From Dimorphilus gyrociliatus (taxonomy: Eukaryota > Animalia > Annelida), in contig CAJFCJ010000001.1 of the NCBI GenBank assembly GCA_904063045.1, positions 248,001 through 312,000 of the forward strand: a stretch of 64,000 bases of DNA. Direction: 5' to 3'. The notes below the pieces were generated by a model. It had not been told where the DNA came from and made no database searches. It saw nothing but the letters and a program-made list of their open reading frames with translations. Made by a program: the position numbers and the translations under genes. The number at the start of each line of letters is the position of its first letter. Positions within the stretch are counted from its first letter, which is position 1. This document shows positions 37,499-51,196 of the stretch, piece after piece.

Positions 37499-40400
37499 AG
37501 TTTCAAACCCTACTTCCAATACCGCTTCTCGTTGACAATTACCCAAGCAAAATCATATATATTTTTGTTTACGCAAAGACGGTTAGAAGCTCATTAACCA
37601 ATGGCCCGCCTATCATCATAAATTATTATATCCAATAAAAGAGAAACACAATGATTAATATTAATATAAAATTATAAAGCATATTATAAAATAATAAATG
37701 TACATTTAACTTATTTAATATTAATTTATTAAGAAATCTCTTAATATATAATAATAAATTAAAAAATTTGATTTGTCGGTTTCTATCCTTTTTAGTGTTC
37801 TTCCTTTTTCGCTCACCTATTCTTTGCCTCTATCATTTCTTATCTTTCTCAATTCTCCGAATTGTAAATAAAAATATGTCCTCTTTTTCAAGACAACATA
37901 CCATATCCGTTTAAGCAGGGGGAATTATTAATAATTCTTTTTCAATAGAAATTAATTACGATCGTTAAAGCGGTAACCACTAAGTTTTTCTATTTGTATT
38001 GGTGAAAAACCATCATCGTGGAAGTAAACGTGTGGTTTTTCTAATGAGTAAAATTTTAAATTATCTTTAAAAAATGCTTTATATAACAAAGTAAAAATAA
38101 AGTTTACTTCTATGATAAAAAAAGAAAATAAAAAATCATTTACACAAACTGTCATTAAAAAAAAAGGAATCCAATTTCGCAAAGTGAAAACTAGTAAATG
38201 TATCAAGCTTTTGGCAACGTCACATTTGGCCTATATATAATTATAGAAGTCTAAGAACGTTATTTAAATATATATATATATATATTTATCAATCACCGAA
38301 CAATTCATATTGCAGCAGTTTGTCTTCTTAATATAGAAATATGTCTTAAAGGCTATAAATGTTTCAATTAGATTACATCGTCTCAAAACTTCCGGAGAAT
38401 ATTTAAGTTCATATGCTCTTCCATTGTTTTTTTTTCTACTTTTTAGGCTTCTTTTAGTAGTTTCTTTTATAAAATTCACTAGATAAATTATCAATATCAA
38501 AAACACATGTTTTTACAACAGAACTTGGTTAATTAATATTATTAATTTTACTATTAACTTTACTATATTAATTAATTCATTACGCAATCACAAAAACGAT
38601 AATTGAATAGATGAAAGAGATTACTCTGCATATACTTTCCATTCCATTTCAAAATACAGTATCAGACAGTTACCTTTCTCCTCCCTGTAACGATATAATT
38701 TAAATCTCCAGTAAACTACAGTTGACATTTCATTCCACATTTAAGATACTAGAACAATAGACAATCTATTAAGTTGTAACATATGAAAATTTGTATTGTA
38801 AACTTTTGAATACGAATAAAAAGAAAATAGAAAATATTAATTTGTAAAGATTTGTAATGAAAATTTATCACCGTCCCTTGACATGTTGATATTTAATGAT
38901 TTCTTTAGATAATTAAAGGTATTTGCAACAAATACGATTTTTAAATGCAATCTATACATTCTATATATTAATTGAATACACAGTATTGTAAATTTATGGT
39001 AAAATGTATGTAAAACACATTGAATAATGTGAATTGTAAAAGTTATTTAATATTTCTTTTTTGTATTATATTCTACTTTATAAATAGATAATATACGGCG
39101 GGAGAAAAATTCGTTATATATTGATAAAAATAAGCGATTGGTCCCAAAGGCTCAATTCCTATGCCAACTATCGTTCTATAGCCAATCTGCTTGATTAGTA
39201 TCTTAATTAGACAAAAAATCGTAGATGGCGACAGTGTGTCGATAGTGTTGTCATCTAAAAGTGTATTTAGAAAACTAAACGTATAGAAGCGCCCTCTCGT
39301 ATCATTATCTCTCAAATAAACCTTAAGTGTACGTGATTTGAGTTGGCTATTTCCAAGCATAAATTAGCTATCTTTCCGGTTAAAAAAGTTTAGGCTTAAA
39401 AAATAAATGAAATCTTAAGAAAACATAGCCGGAAACGATTTTTAATTTAAGATCAAGTTTAAGTATAAGATTACCAAAAATAACATCAAACTTAAACCCA
39501 TATCGTGAGTTACTCTTTATAGCATCTCATTTAGAAAGAGCACTCATTAAGTAGTCGCATCTTTAATTATTGTTCTTATAATAATTAAGCTTTCATTTTA
39601 AAATTATCGCAAGCTTTTATATTTTCCTCTTATAATTTTTTCATATTAATTTATTGAAAATGAATCTCAACATTGTGGAATCAAATTTCGTAAACGAAAT
39701 ATTGTTTTTAAAAATTTATTGACAATCGAATAGATAATTTATGGGTTGACAATTATAATTTGCCATATTTGTATTAAATCATGAAGCCTTAGGGCAACGT
39801 AGTCTTTATATAAGTAGCACTCTAGTCTTAGGTGATCTAGTTAGTGGGTTTCTTATACGTATACATGGCATAAAAGATTGGCAAAAAGAACTTGAAGTAA
39901 GGATTAAAAGAAAGAAAGTGTCATATTGGTGTCAGTATTGATAATCGTTTCGTTCCCAGGTTACTATTGGAGAGGAAGGGGGGCATAGATTAAGCAAATT
40001 TAACTCCTCTTAGAAACCTTTGTTATGACCAACCGGTTGTTTTCCCTCTTAGAGATTCTGGAAAAAGCTGTTTCCCCCATCTCCAGTTTCGATTTTTTAC
40101 CGTTAAAAAACTTCTTCCGGTTTCCTTTTCTATTTTTTCTTTTTAAACTTCATGATTAATACTTTGAGATTATAGTCAAAGAAATATCTCTTTTATTTGG
40201 CTTATTAGCCTATTAGTTCACCATGTGACGAAGACTCGATAAGTAAATGATGTAGACTTAGATATAAAATCCCAAGTATCTTTTATGTTAATGAAATAAT
40301 ATTGCATGTTCAGAAGCTAAAGATAACTAACTATATTTCAATTACAAAGCTAAAATATCCTTTCTTTCGCATATGAAGTTCTAGTATGCTTATATTGGTA

Positions 40401-42167
40401 AACTAACTCTTTCATTATTAATATATATGTATTCGAAACGCTTATATCGACCACCGAATCACTTTCCACATTTTTCCATAGCTAATCGACAATAATTTTC
40501 GTGAATTTACTAAAGGAAAATATAAAAAATAAAGGGAAAAATAAGAAGAAATACTGAACGTATTTGTATTGACTTAACTATCCAATTTCTGCATAAACCC
40601 CCTACATCTCTTCATATATTTATCAATAATTAAATAGTAACACAATTTACTTAACTACACGACTTGACAAGAACCTTAAATACTTGTCCAAAATCAGAAT
40701 TGATTTTATCATATTTTTTTAAAGACACAGTCTACATCCTCCTCGTTAAAAATGTGTTTTTGCAGTTTTTTCCCTCAGACTTTACTACTGCGCATGCTCC
40801 TAGGTTTACTTAGTTTGCAGTAAAAATTTTGTAGTGATTACTCTTTGGTTGGAATTTATTGGAGGAAGGTCTGTCAACCGGTAAGTTAACAAGCTAATTT
40901 TCACCATGTAAACTTCATTTAATTTAATTTAATTCTATTTAATGTTTTATTTATGATTTGGAATTGTGTTTTTATTTGCTTTTTGTATTATTACCATAAT
41001 TATAACCGCCAAGATTAAGAAAAAAAGGAACTAATAGACGAAGAATACGCCTATTTATACTTAATATAAAAATTAACAAAACAATATTCATTTAATGTCG
41101 GATTTTATTACTTTAGAAGAAATTAAAGCTATCTTCTCTCTTTTATTTAAATTATTTAAGAGTTTACTAGACCGAGGAAGATAATAAAAAAAACTTAGGG
41201 AGTACGGAGTAATGAAATTTGTTGTCTTAAAGAATTTTAGAACGTGAGGGCAGAAAAGAGTCTAGAATAATAAAACTAGTGTAAAGTATACCTTATTCAA
41301 AGTTAAAAACTTCTAGACTGTTTGAAAGGGAATAGTCGTAGCTTAATCAGCTGAAGCTTTGAGTAATCTACATTATTTATGATTCTTCAATAATACATAT
41401 AAGAATTTATAAGCAAATCTTTCTTCACTTAGTGGTGATAGCAGTTGAGAGAAGTGTTATTTTTTTATTCGAAAAACATACTGATACATGTAACAGAATT
41501 ATTACTCTTTTATTATTTAATCCCTTTCCCTTATATCCTTTATATTGTAAGATTTAAAATATCACTTCAAAACACAATCCTAGGATTAATTTAAGATACG
41601 GTATTACTGTAAGTAAAACGGATATAAAGATTCGTAATAAGGAAAACTTAGGCTTATAAGTATTATAGTTCACACAATCTGCAATTCAATCTTTCTTCTA
41701 AATCTTCCCTGGCTTCAACTTGAAATATCCTTTCTTAAGCTATTAAGAGTAAAGTGAATTTCAGAAAGGAATGTGTAATTATAATCGATATTAACTCCAT
41801 TAGGACGGGTATAAAAATTCACACATCCTACACGAATTGCCGACAATGTAATAACGCATAATCGTGATGGAGCATATATCGATTGCCATAGTTTTAAGAT
41901 TTCTTTTAAGATGTCTCTCATGTAGGAAACTCCATTACATTTCTTTCAATTTTTCTAGATAGCTTCAAAAGTAATAGTTCTAAAATACAGATTAGTGAAT
42001 CTTGTTTTATTTCCCAGTTCCTTTTTTCAGTTCGATTATCTACTTTATATAAAATACTTTTTTTTTGGGATAGAAAGGTGGGAGAATAGGAATAGAAGAG
42101 AGAGCGAGAAAGAAGAGATAGAGTCGGAAAGTCTTAGAGTAAGAAAGAGTAAGATAAGAGAGCAAGA

Positions 42168-43292
42168 ATGATAAATTGGGAGAAGGAAATAAATTCAACT
42201 GACTACTTTGCAAAAAACTTTTCTCTTGACGATTTGGAAAAGTTCCTCAGGCAACATCAAGAAACCAATTTTAAAAAACCCGAAGTTGCTTTGGCATTCA
42301 TATTATCTATTTTGGCTCTGTTATTAAATGCCTCTTCATTATTTGCTATGTACAAGGGTAAAGGGAGAAAAATGTCAGCCAATGCTCGTCTCCTTGTGAG
42401 TTTAGCCGTAGCCGATATGTGCGTTTCAGTTTCCGTTTTCTGGCAAATAGGAATGGGGGCCAGTGTTAAGCGAAATGATTGTCTCCATATTGCACACAGA
42501 TCGTTCAGAACAAGCTCTCATGTCGTGTCTCTCTTAAATCTCTGTTGTTTGGCAGCTGACCATTATTGTGCTATTGTTTGGCCTTTACACCATGCCGCTG
42601 TGGTATCCACCGAAAGGATAAAATTGGCAATATGCCAAATATGGCTAATAAGTCTTTTAGCCGGTTATTCTCTATTCCTTCCAACCTCCAAAGGCAATGA
42701 CCCACGTTGCGAAAACACTACATATTGCCTGCGTTTATCTTGTAAAGGTTACGACAGTGAATATTTCATTTTTGTCCTGACTCCAATTAGCCTCATAGTT
42801 ATGTCTGTCCTCTACGCTGTCATTTTTGTGAAAATACGAGATATGCCTGGGTTTACTCATGGAAGGCGAACAGTTCAAATGGAAAGAAACAGGAAGGGGT
42901 TGATTACAACCCTAATTATATTGGCTACGTTTTGCTTCTGTTTTCTTCCTTATTGCATTTTTGAGATATATACCATAATTGGTCTTAAATTGGATGGAAG
43001 TCGTCACTTGCATTACATACAATGGGCGATGCACCTGGACTATTACTTTTACGATTTGTTGTTGCTTAATTCTCTGGCAGATCCTATTATATATGCAATA
43101 CGCCTCAGAGAGGTCCGTGTTGGCTATAGGAAGATAATGAGACATTGTTTTACTCCTGTAGACAGACCCCCTGTTAACTCTGAAATAAATACAAGAAGTT
43201 TGAATACTTTCGTCCCGTTAAAAAAGAACATACAACCTAATTATCACCCAGTTACCGCTGAGATTCGAACAACTGGATCTGAAATGCTTTAA
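42168..43292 (+). CDS. Class A GPCR with intronless CDS, orphan (DHY and DPxxY variants)
   Basis: 374-aa ORF with 7 TM segments, LAVAD in TM2, DHY after TM3, CFLP in TM6 and DPIIY in TM7. Confidence 0.9.
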   Translation: MINWEKEINSTDYFAKNFSLDDLEKFLRQHQETNFKKPEVALAFILSILALLLNASSLFAMYKGKGRKMSANARLLVSLAVADMCVSVSVFWQIGMGASVKRNDCLHIAHRSFRTSSHVVSLLNLCCLAADHYCAIVWPLHHAAVVSTERIKLAICQIWLISLLAGYSLFLPTSKGNDPRCENTTYCLRLSCKGYDSEYFIFVLTPISLIVMSVLYAVIFVKIRDMPGFTHGRRTVQMERNRKGLITTLIILATFCFCFLPYCIFEIYTIIGLKLDGSRHLHYIQWAMHLDYYFYDLLLLNSLADPIIYAIRLREVRVGYRKIMRHCFTPVDRPPVNSEINTRSLNTFVPLKKNIQPNYHPVTAEIRTTGSEML

Positions 43293-44308
43293 TTAATTGC
43301 TGGAAGAAAAACAGAAAACCAAACATACCACAAAAGTAGTGTAAGATAAATCAATAATCTCTTCGTTGTGCATTTTTTCTCCCGATGTTGTCGCTGAATA
43401 CGTAAATGATAATGATAAGGATAGAAAGTTACAAAGGAAAAGAAATGAAGTGTTTTAAAGACATTCATTATGATCGTCTCCAAACAGGAAATAAGGAGAG
43501 GGTAGGAAAAAATTTCCATTTAAGAAAGTTTCCTTTGACAGTAATCTAATCCGTCAATAACCATTTAAAACAAAAGTCGGTTAATTGACGTTTTTTGGTA
43601 TAAAAATTCGTCAAAATGTCACAATATGCTTTATCATAAGTTGATAGATTTCTTTCTTTCTATTTTTCTTATTGATCCCTATTTTCTACGCCCGAGTAAT
43701 TAGTATATACTAAAAATTGCATTCATTTTTCCTTATTGTCATCTATTTAACCTAAATTCTGTAATGGACTTTTACAATAACAATAATTAGAACTATTTAA
43801 AAAGAAAAAAAATACACAATGGCTAAATACTGGAATATAAAAATGCCTACCTTGTAAATATAGCCTGTAGATGGCGAAAGAGTATATTAAAACGGATAAA
43901 ACAGAAATGAAAAGTTAAAAGTGCCACCTGTAGTCAAACTGCAAAAGAATTTCGTGTTTTCTCACTAATTGGCCGAATTAGAAAGTAAACCGATCCGGAA
44001 AGAAGAAGAAGAGGAAAAAAAAGAATATTTCTATTTGTTCATTAACTGTGATTTTTCTCAACAGAAAATGAAATCTACAATGTAATTTTGAAAATAAATT
44101 GCTGAGAATTTGCCATTATTTATGGCAAAGACAAAAATTAGATTTCTTCTTTGAATATCTCTATTATTAGATTAATCCAATTAATAAGCGTTAAATAATT
44201 ATATATTTAAATTGGCACTTAATTTAATAATATGAAATGTTTCTCTTTGTCCTTATTTCCTTCTTCAATGTTATTAACTTTATATAATAATTCTATGTGA
44301 ATATATAC

Positions 44309-44340
<32 letters not shown>

Positions 44341-47300
44341 TCAACATAAACATACTATATATATCCACACATACATTTATATAAATAAAAAAAATACAAA
44401 ATACATTGGACGCAAACGTCTAATTTGAATCATTTATAATAATTAGGGTGTTTAGCAAAGGTTACACAGACAGATATATTAATATAAGTAATTATGCTCA
44501 TACACATTATTATATGCATATAGGTGCCTTATATAGGCGGCGTATTAGGGAAAAATTCATATGTTCTATGGAATATGATTTGAATATTCGTTTAGAGGTC
44601 TTATTTGAGTCAAATTGAATTAGCATTGTATTCTTAATGTAAAATTCTAACGGCATTAACGAGTAAGACTTTTTTTATATATAAGAACTTAATAGAAACA
44701 AGAAATTAATTATACGTTACCCATATAACGGCTGATCCAAGTTTTTATTCGACGTGCCACTTTTCCCTATGCTATAAAATAAAGAATCCTAGAATTAAAC
44801 GAATTAGACAGTAAAACCTGCTCTTCGCTTAATGGCTTCAGGCGCATTATATAAGTATTTTGGCTATATTGGATTTTAAGGGAGGAAGAGTAGGATAAGA
44901 TTGTCTATTCCTAAAAAAAGAACCAATACATATATTTAACAATTATCTTAACGATATAAAACGAATGGAACCATCACTTCAAATATTTTACACTAAAGGG
45001 ATGAACGTTATATAATTTAATAATTTATTATATACAACTATTTATTAAATGCCAGATATTTATTTGTCTTTCAAAAAGGCTGTAACTTTTTCTTCATGTT
45101 TTATATACAAATAACAAAAGTAGATTTTTTGACGTTACAGTACCCAAATACATATATAAAAAGCGGAACTATATCAATAAAACTTCCTTCTTTTTCATCC
45201 ATCCCTTTATACTCACTTTTTTTTACTTGCTATAAATATTCCCCTGATAGATAAATTTTCTATTATGGAATAAGACATTACTGATTAATGTTTTAAAAGT
45301 TTCTGTATGAAATAGCTGACCTTAATCATTGAGGAGTTGGATGGGATAGATGTAACAAATAGCCGAGTAAGAGGAGCGGAGAATAGACTGTAAGTGTTAA
45401 AGAAAAGCAGATAGCTTTGTCATCTAAGCGTATTTGAGTCGGAGATATATGGGTGAAGTCCGAATATATTGCATTTAAAACGGTATTATGTAATAATACG
45501 CACGTTTGATGATATAATTAATGGAGTACCATTTGTATAGTCCTTCCTGTTTCGATGACAACGTAAATGTTCTGAAGTATAAAAAGATAGAAGCCGTCCT
45601 GTCTGTTTAATTTCACCCAACATCGCTTTTGCTTTTTGTTTTTATTACAAAGAAAGCGGTTTCAGAATTTCTTTTTGTTTCTGTCAGTATGAATCTCCAT
45701 TATTCTGTTTTCAAGATGAAATATCTTTGACGAATCCATTTTATTAGTATTTTCACCTTAAATGTCCCTGGACATCTGTTACGCTTCTAAGCCTTTAGTT
45801 TGACGTTGTACTTTTAGTAAGGGGATTCATAAAGATGGGTATTGGGAATTCTAATAGTTGAATGAATTGTCCATTAAGTAGACAGTCACTCGAGAGGTCG
45901 AGCTATGATGCCTGTAAAATCTCGGAGGAGAGGTCGTGGAAGCAACCAAAGTTCAGCGACAACTCATCATTACGAGGTTAAATCACATGAGAACCAGAAA
46001 CCAGATCCTTCAACTAAATAGTTTAAAGAATGAGATATAAAGCCACGGATAATCGGATTGTCGAAATGGTTACGTCTTATCCTTATAAATAGGATAGTTC
46101 ATTAAAAATGAGAATAACTAACCAATCGGTGGATTAAGTTCTTTAATACTTAAAATCAGTGAAATTGAACTATAAAACTTGGAGAAATTTGTGAAGAAGC
46201 TATCGTGACTGATTATTCCCAGAAGACAAACTTGTCAACAATTCGGTGACTCTCTACCAAGCTTTTATCATTTACCTTGTCTTATAATTATTTCCATGTA
46301 ATTGGATGTTCTTAGAGGAAAAGTTTTTAACTAAATAGTTTTAGAACAGAATTTCAAGGTCATTCATAAATAAAACATCAATCCAAAATCGAAAAACGAC
46401 AAAAAGTCATCACATTTTTCATACTCATATCAAACAATCAGTCTTTTTATGAGGATGGAGAGGAAATTATTTCTATTTCCACATGATGGTAACCTTATAC
46501 CCAAGCTCAAGGGACGGTCAAAGTCTATCACTTAAAGATTAAGAATTCTATGGAAGAGCTCTGGAATTTCATTGATAAACAATTTAACAGAGTGGGTTAG
46601 AACACGTTGAGGAATATGTCATGACCGAAAGTGTGTAAACTGTAGAACATAAAAGCGGAAAAACCGCCAAAGGTCAGCTATCTATGTCATCGTTGTCGTT
46701 TTCCAAGACATAGAGTCAAAAGCTCCAATGGGACGGAGTCGTCAAGGCCCTCCTATTGGATTTTGGATTTATCGAGCGGACAATCGACTGAAGCCGGTAG
46801 TATTTTCGCCGCGTTGGCTACTTTCTGGGAATTTCCATGCATCTGTCTCATAAATGGCTATATCCATGGTAAAGTCTGCTAAGTTGGCACTATTAAAAGT
46901 CTTTGCAATGAATGGCTCACTTAAGAAGATGAGAAATGTCATGGATACCCTTTCTATCTATTGTTTATTTTTAGAGAGCGGTGTTACATAGGTTAACATT
47001 ATTAGTAGTTTGCAGTATCACTTTTACCAAATTCATGTAAATTAGACATATCTCTTAAAGTTTCTTCGATAAACGTATATAATCGATGAATGAAAGGAAA
47101 CAAGCGAAAATGAAGTCCTTTGAATCTATAATTTTCTTTTACGCCGCATTTTTCCTTCTCTCTCGTCTCGTTAAAAAGTCAATAAAATCTCTTTTCTGCC
47201 AGAACAAAATGATAAAAAATTTCTGTCTTTTGCTGATTTTCACATATATTGCATATACTATTATCTGTAAATGGTATGCTATACAAAGGGAATCTTAATT

Positions 47301-48810
47301 TACAAACGTTTACGTCTTTATCTTTAATGCTGTTATTTTCCAGTCGAATAAAACGAAAAAATCCCGTAATCTAATATTTCTTTGAATTTAATGTTAAACC
47401 ATTTTCCGACCAAGTACGATTTAGCCCTTTTGCTTAAAATTTTTCTTAGTATAGCATATAATTTAAATAAGAAATCTATATAGTGAGAACTTGATCACAG
47501 ATTTATTAAGGAAAAAATAGAGTGAATGTGAGATATCACTCCGTGCCATGTAACTCTAGTTCTCGATAGCTTTTTTAAATGAAATCTTTGAAGTTCTTAA
47601 CAATCCTTTTAAACTGCAACTTCTTTCTGATTCTGTTTTATGTAATAAAAAAAACAAAAAACAAAAAAAAGAAGAAAATGTTTGTAAGAGTTTTAAGAAA
47701 TAAGATACAAAAAAAGAACTTCAACCAAAAAGACTGCCGGAAAAAATAAAAAAAAAAGGATTGGAAATGAAAAATATTACACAAGAAGATTACATAACAA
47801 TCCTGTTTATCCACTTTCTATATTGCAGTCTAGTTACTTCATTAAACAGTCAAATTATTCTTCTAAAACGGAGTATCAGACTCTTTTTACCATCGTAAAA
47901 GTGTTGTAAGCTCTCCTTTCTTCTCCTGGTCGATAGTTTTAATTGTAGGGAAGATATCTTTTACCCTTGACACAGCGGTATAAATGTATAGAGTATAAAT
48001 CCCTTATTCCTCAATAATGTCATCACGTAGACACAGCTTATTAGGCGAGACACAATGATAGGAAATTGTCAACTGACTAAGTTTCGTTTAAAAAAAATGT
48101 ATAATCTACCATATTATAAATTGAATGCTGTATATCATTTCATAATTTTAATATTAAATAGTAATCTATTCATAAGAAAACAAAATATTTCCATATTTGT
48201 ATATAGATTGTACATAAATAACGATACATTTGTTTACTTAATAAGTTATATATACTGTCTTTATGATTATGATTATCATTAGAAGATTAATAAACTTTCA
48301 ACAATTGCAGTTTTGTTATTTAAATAATATATTATTTCATATTTCGTATTTTATATACAAAAATCTTACTGCAAATAATTCAAAGAGAGGCCTAATTCTA
48401 CAATTTCCGACAACAACTTGACCGCCTAGAACGGAAGTTTTAACATTTTCATGTAAAACAAGCAAAGTAGGAAAAAACTGTAACGCCTGAGGGATGTATT
48501 TGCCGGAAAACGTGAAATCGGAAAGGGCTAAGAGCATTCTGCCAGAAAATCATCATCAAATTACCTTGTAAGAATAAATAGCCATTAATGGACAAAACGG
48601 GACAAAAGAATTAAATATAAAGAGTTAGGGAGCAGTTGATGGCAGGATTTCTCAAAGAGGAGAAAAGAAAACTTTATGGACGGAATGCATAGATCCAAAA
48701 ATTAGAACTAAATTGACAACTTAATGTATGAAATAAATAAGGGTTACATATACTTCTTTATTACACCATCACCCTCCCTTCTTTATCCTTCTTTAACATC
48801 GAAGTCATTA

Positions 48811-50352
48811 TCACTTAAGTTCATACAACTGGCAGGTTATTTGCGAGTATCGGCAAGCTTCAGTTGAATGACCTTGTTGTCGGTTGCAGAACAACAATTG
48901 TCTGTAAGCTCTACGGAATTTCACCGACATCGCGTTGTAAAGAATCGGATTTATGGCACAATTTGCGTAGACTAGGCATCGGCAGAAGAGGCGGAACCAT
49001 AGATTTTGGTAAGGACGGGGGGCAAAGGAATTGTAGACTACCCAAATCCTATAAGGCATCCAAAGTAGGGCAAAAAGTACGACGACAAGAGCAAGCATTT
49101 TTATAACCTGTTACGAACAATCATGTATAACTTATATCTTCGTATATACAAGTAACTTTTAAATAAGTTTTAGTACTGGATAATTATTACAGCTCAATTG
49201 TAGAACATCCATATTACTTCTACGCTATCCACTATTGTTGATAACCTCCTGGGATTATCAATAGATTGGTACAAGATTATTAGATGATGCGTCTCTCTAA
49301 ACCCTGCTTTCGTTATAATAGTTTATCACTATTCTATTACAGCCCGGCCCACTTTCTCGATTAGTGGTTAGGAACGAGAATCAAAAGACAGGGATAGGAA
49401 GAGAGGTTATAAAAAATAACTAGTGATTTCCGTAGTAGCTACCAACTCCCTCGATTAGTCTCGTGCGAGTTGGCTATTTAGTAAAATATGTACGCTAATA
49501 ACACCGGTGGGGGAAAACGATATCGGACACGAAAGTGTCCAAGATGGTCTTAAATAGAAAAAATGAGATGCTAATTATGCAAATTCAACTTACTTGTACC
49601 CTAGAATTATGAGATCTTCTATACGACGAGCCCATTTGTCTTCTCCAGAAGTTAGTTCGTCTACCTATCTTTGAGGATTCTCCGAGCAAAGCCTTAGCGA
49701 TAAGGGTGTACAGAAGACAAGTGAGAAGAAGAGGAACAGCGTAAAATAATACCAAATCGCACATAAATATTATTAAATAAGTTTTCCTATTGGATAAAGA
49801 AAAATTACAGTGTTCCACTTTTAAACCCGTTCGAATTTCTTCTAGCCTCACACTTACAAACGCCAACCAAGGTGAATTATAAGCAATAGCAACTATCCAC
49901 ACTCCTAATATAATCTTCTTTGCTCTGCTCATAGTGCACAATTTCTGCGACTTAATCGGTTGACAAACAGCAAGATATCTTTCAACGGTAAACGCTGTAA
50001 TTGATAATATGGAAGCGGTCGTGCTCAGGTACTGAACATAGACAAAGAGACGACAGCCGGCCTCTCCGAAAAGCCATTTATACCGTATTAAATGAAATTC
50101 AAATAAGTAGGGTACTGCCGTTGAGAGAAGAGCCAGGCAATCGGCCACAGCCAGACTTACCAGATAACAATTTGTTGGAGTTTTCATATTAGATGTTCTA
50201 GAAACAACAAGAACTACCATTGAATTCCCTACGAACCCAACAGCAAAAAAAAATGCAACGCTAACAGTTCCAACTATTCGATATGCAGGATCATAATAAA
50301 GAGGACTCCGTGAATCTTGAAAAGATTCATTACTTGTCGAATTTTTATCCAT
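48811..50352 (-). CDS. TRHR: Thyrotropin-releasing hormone receptor-type GPCR (2 exons, ~351 aa)
   Basis: Exons 50352-49594 and 49107-48811. TRHR-like motifs: [87 protein letters not shown]. Confidence 0.9.
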
Positions 50353-51144
50353 CCTCCAAAATAGAAGTGGAGGAGAAAGAGAAAAGAGCGTCTTTGCTTG
50401 ATTCCAAAAAAGACATAAAAGCGGAAAAAGTGATATACGCGCCACCTGTTGAGGGCACGCTTCCGTGTTGACAGATGTAAACTACTATAATAGAAAATGA
50501 GAAAAAAAAAGAGAAACAAAATAGCTTCATACATGTATCCACTATAAAATTCTTGGTTACTCAGAATTGATTTAATTGACCGCGTTAAAAGAATCTCTTT
50601 AACAGTGCGACCATTTCCCGTATCAGCTGTGGGGAGAGAAAGAAAAGAAACTAGTAGGAAACGCAACTTTCCGTGCCATCCTAAATCATGACTGACGGAT
50701 TCCTTACCCTATTTCAAATTAACTGTAAACATGTATATGCAATATATATATATATATTAGGTTGTAATATATATATATATATATATATATATTTATTTAT
50801 TTATATAAATTTATGTATACATACAAAATAGAATTTTGTACTATTCTTAATATCTGCATAAACGGAAACTCCGGTCTGGATGTCTTTATCTATAGTTTTT
50901 ATTCATATTGTATATGTGTGCACAGATATAGCTCTATGAAAGACAGAATATATTGTTGTATTTCATAATACAATTTCACAGGTGACAATACGCAAGGAAC
51001 ACATGATAACAATACATATACATTGTATTATTACATTTATGTAAATATAAATAACTAGGGATTAAACTGTTTTGTCAAGCTTTTGAACTAAAATATTAAC
51101 ATCATAGAATCCCATATACAAACACGCACTTTTTTTCTTTGCTT

Positions 51145-51196
51145 TCTCTCTCTCTCTCTCCTTCGCTCTTTTCTCTCTCTCTCTCTCTCTCTCTCT
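51145..51196. repeat. Interrupted (CT)n microsatellite
   Basis: Direct read. Confidence 0.85.

Noticed and set aside
50353-50445. Longer non-ATG start for the TRH receptor in the ORF track
   Set aside because: ATG 50352 ([10 protein letters not shown], with N-glycosylation sites) is the more plausible eukaryotic start.
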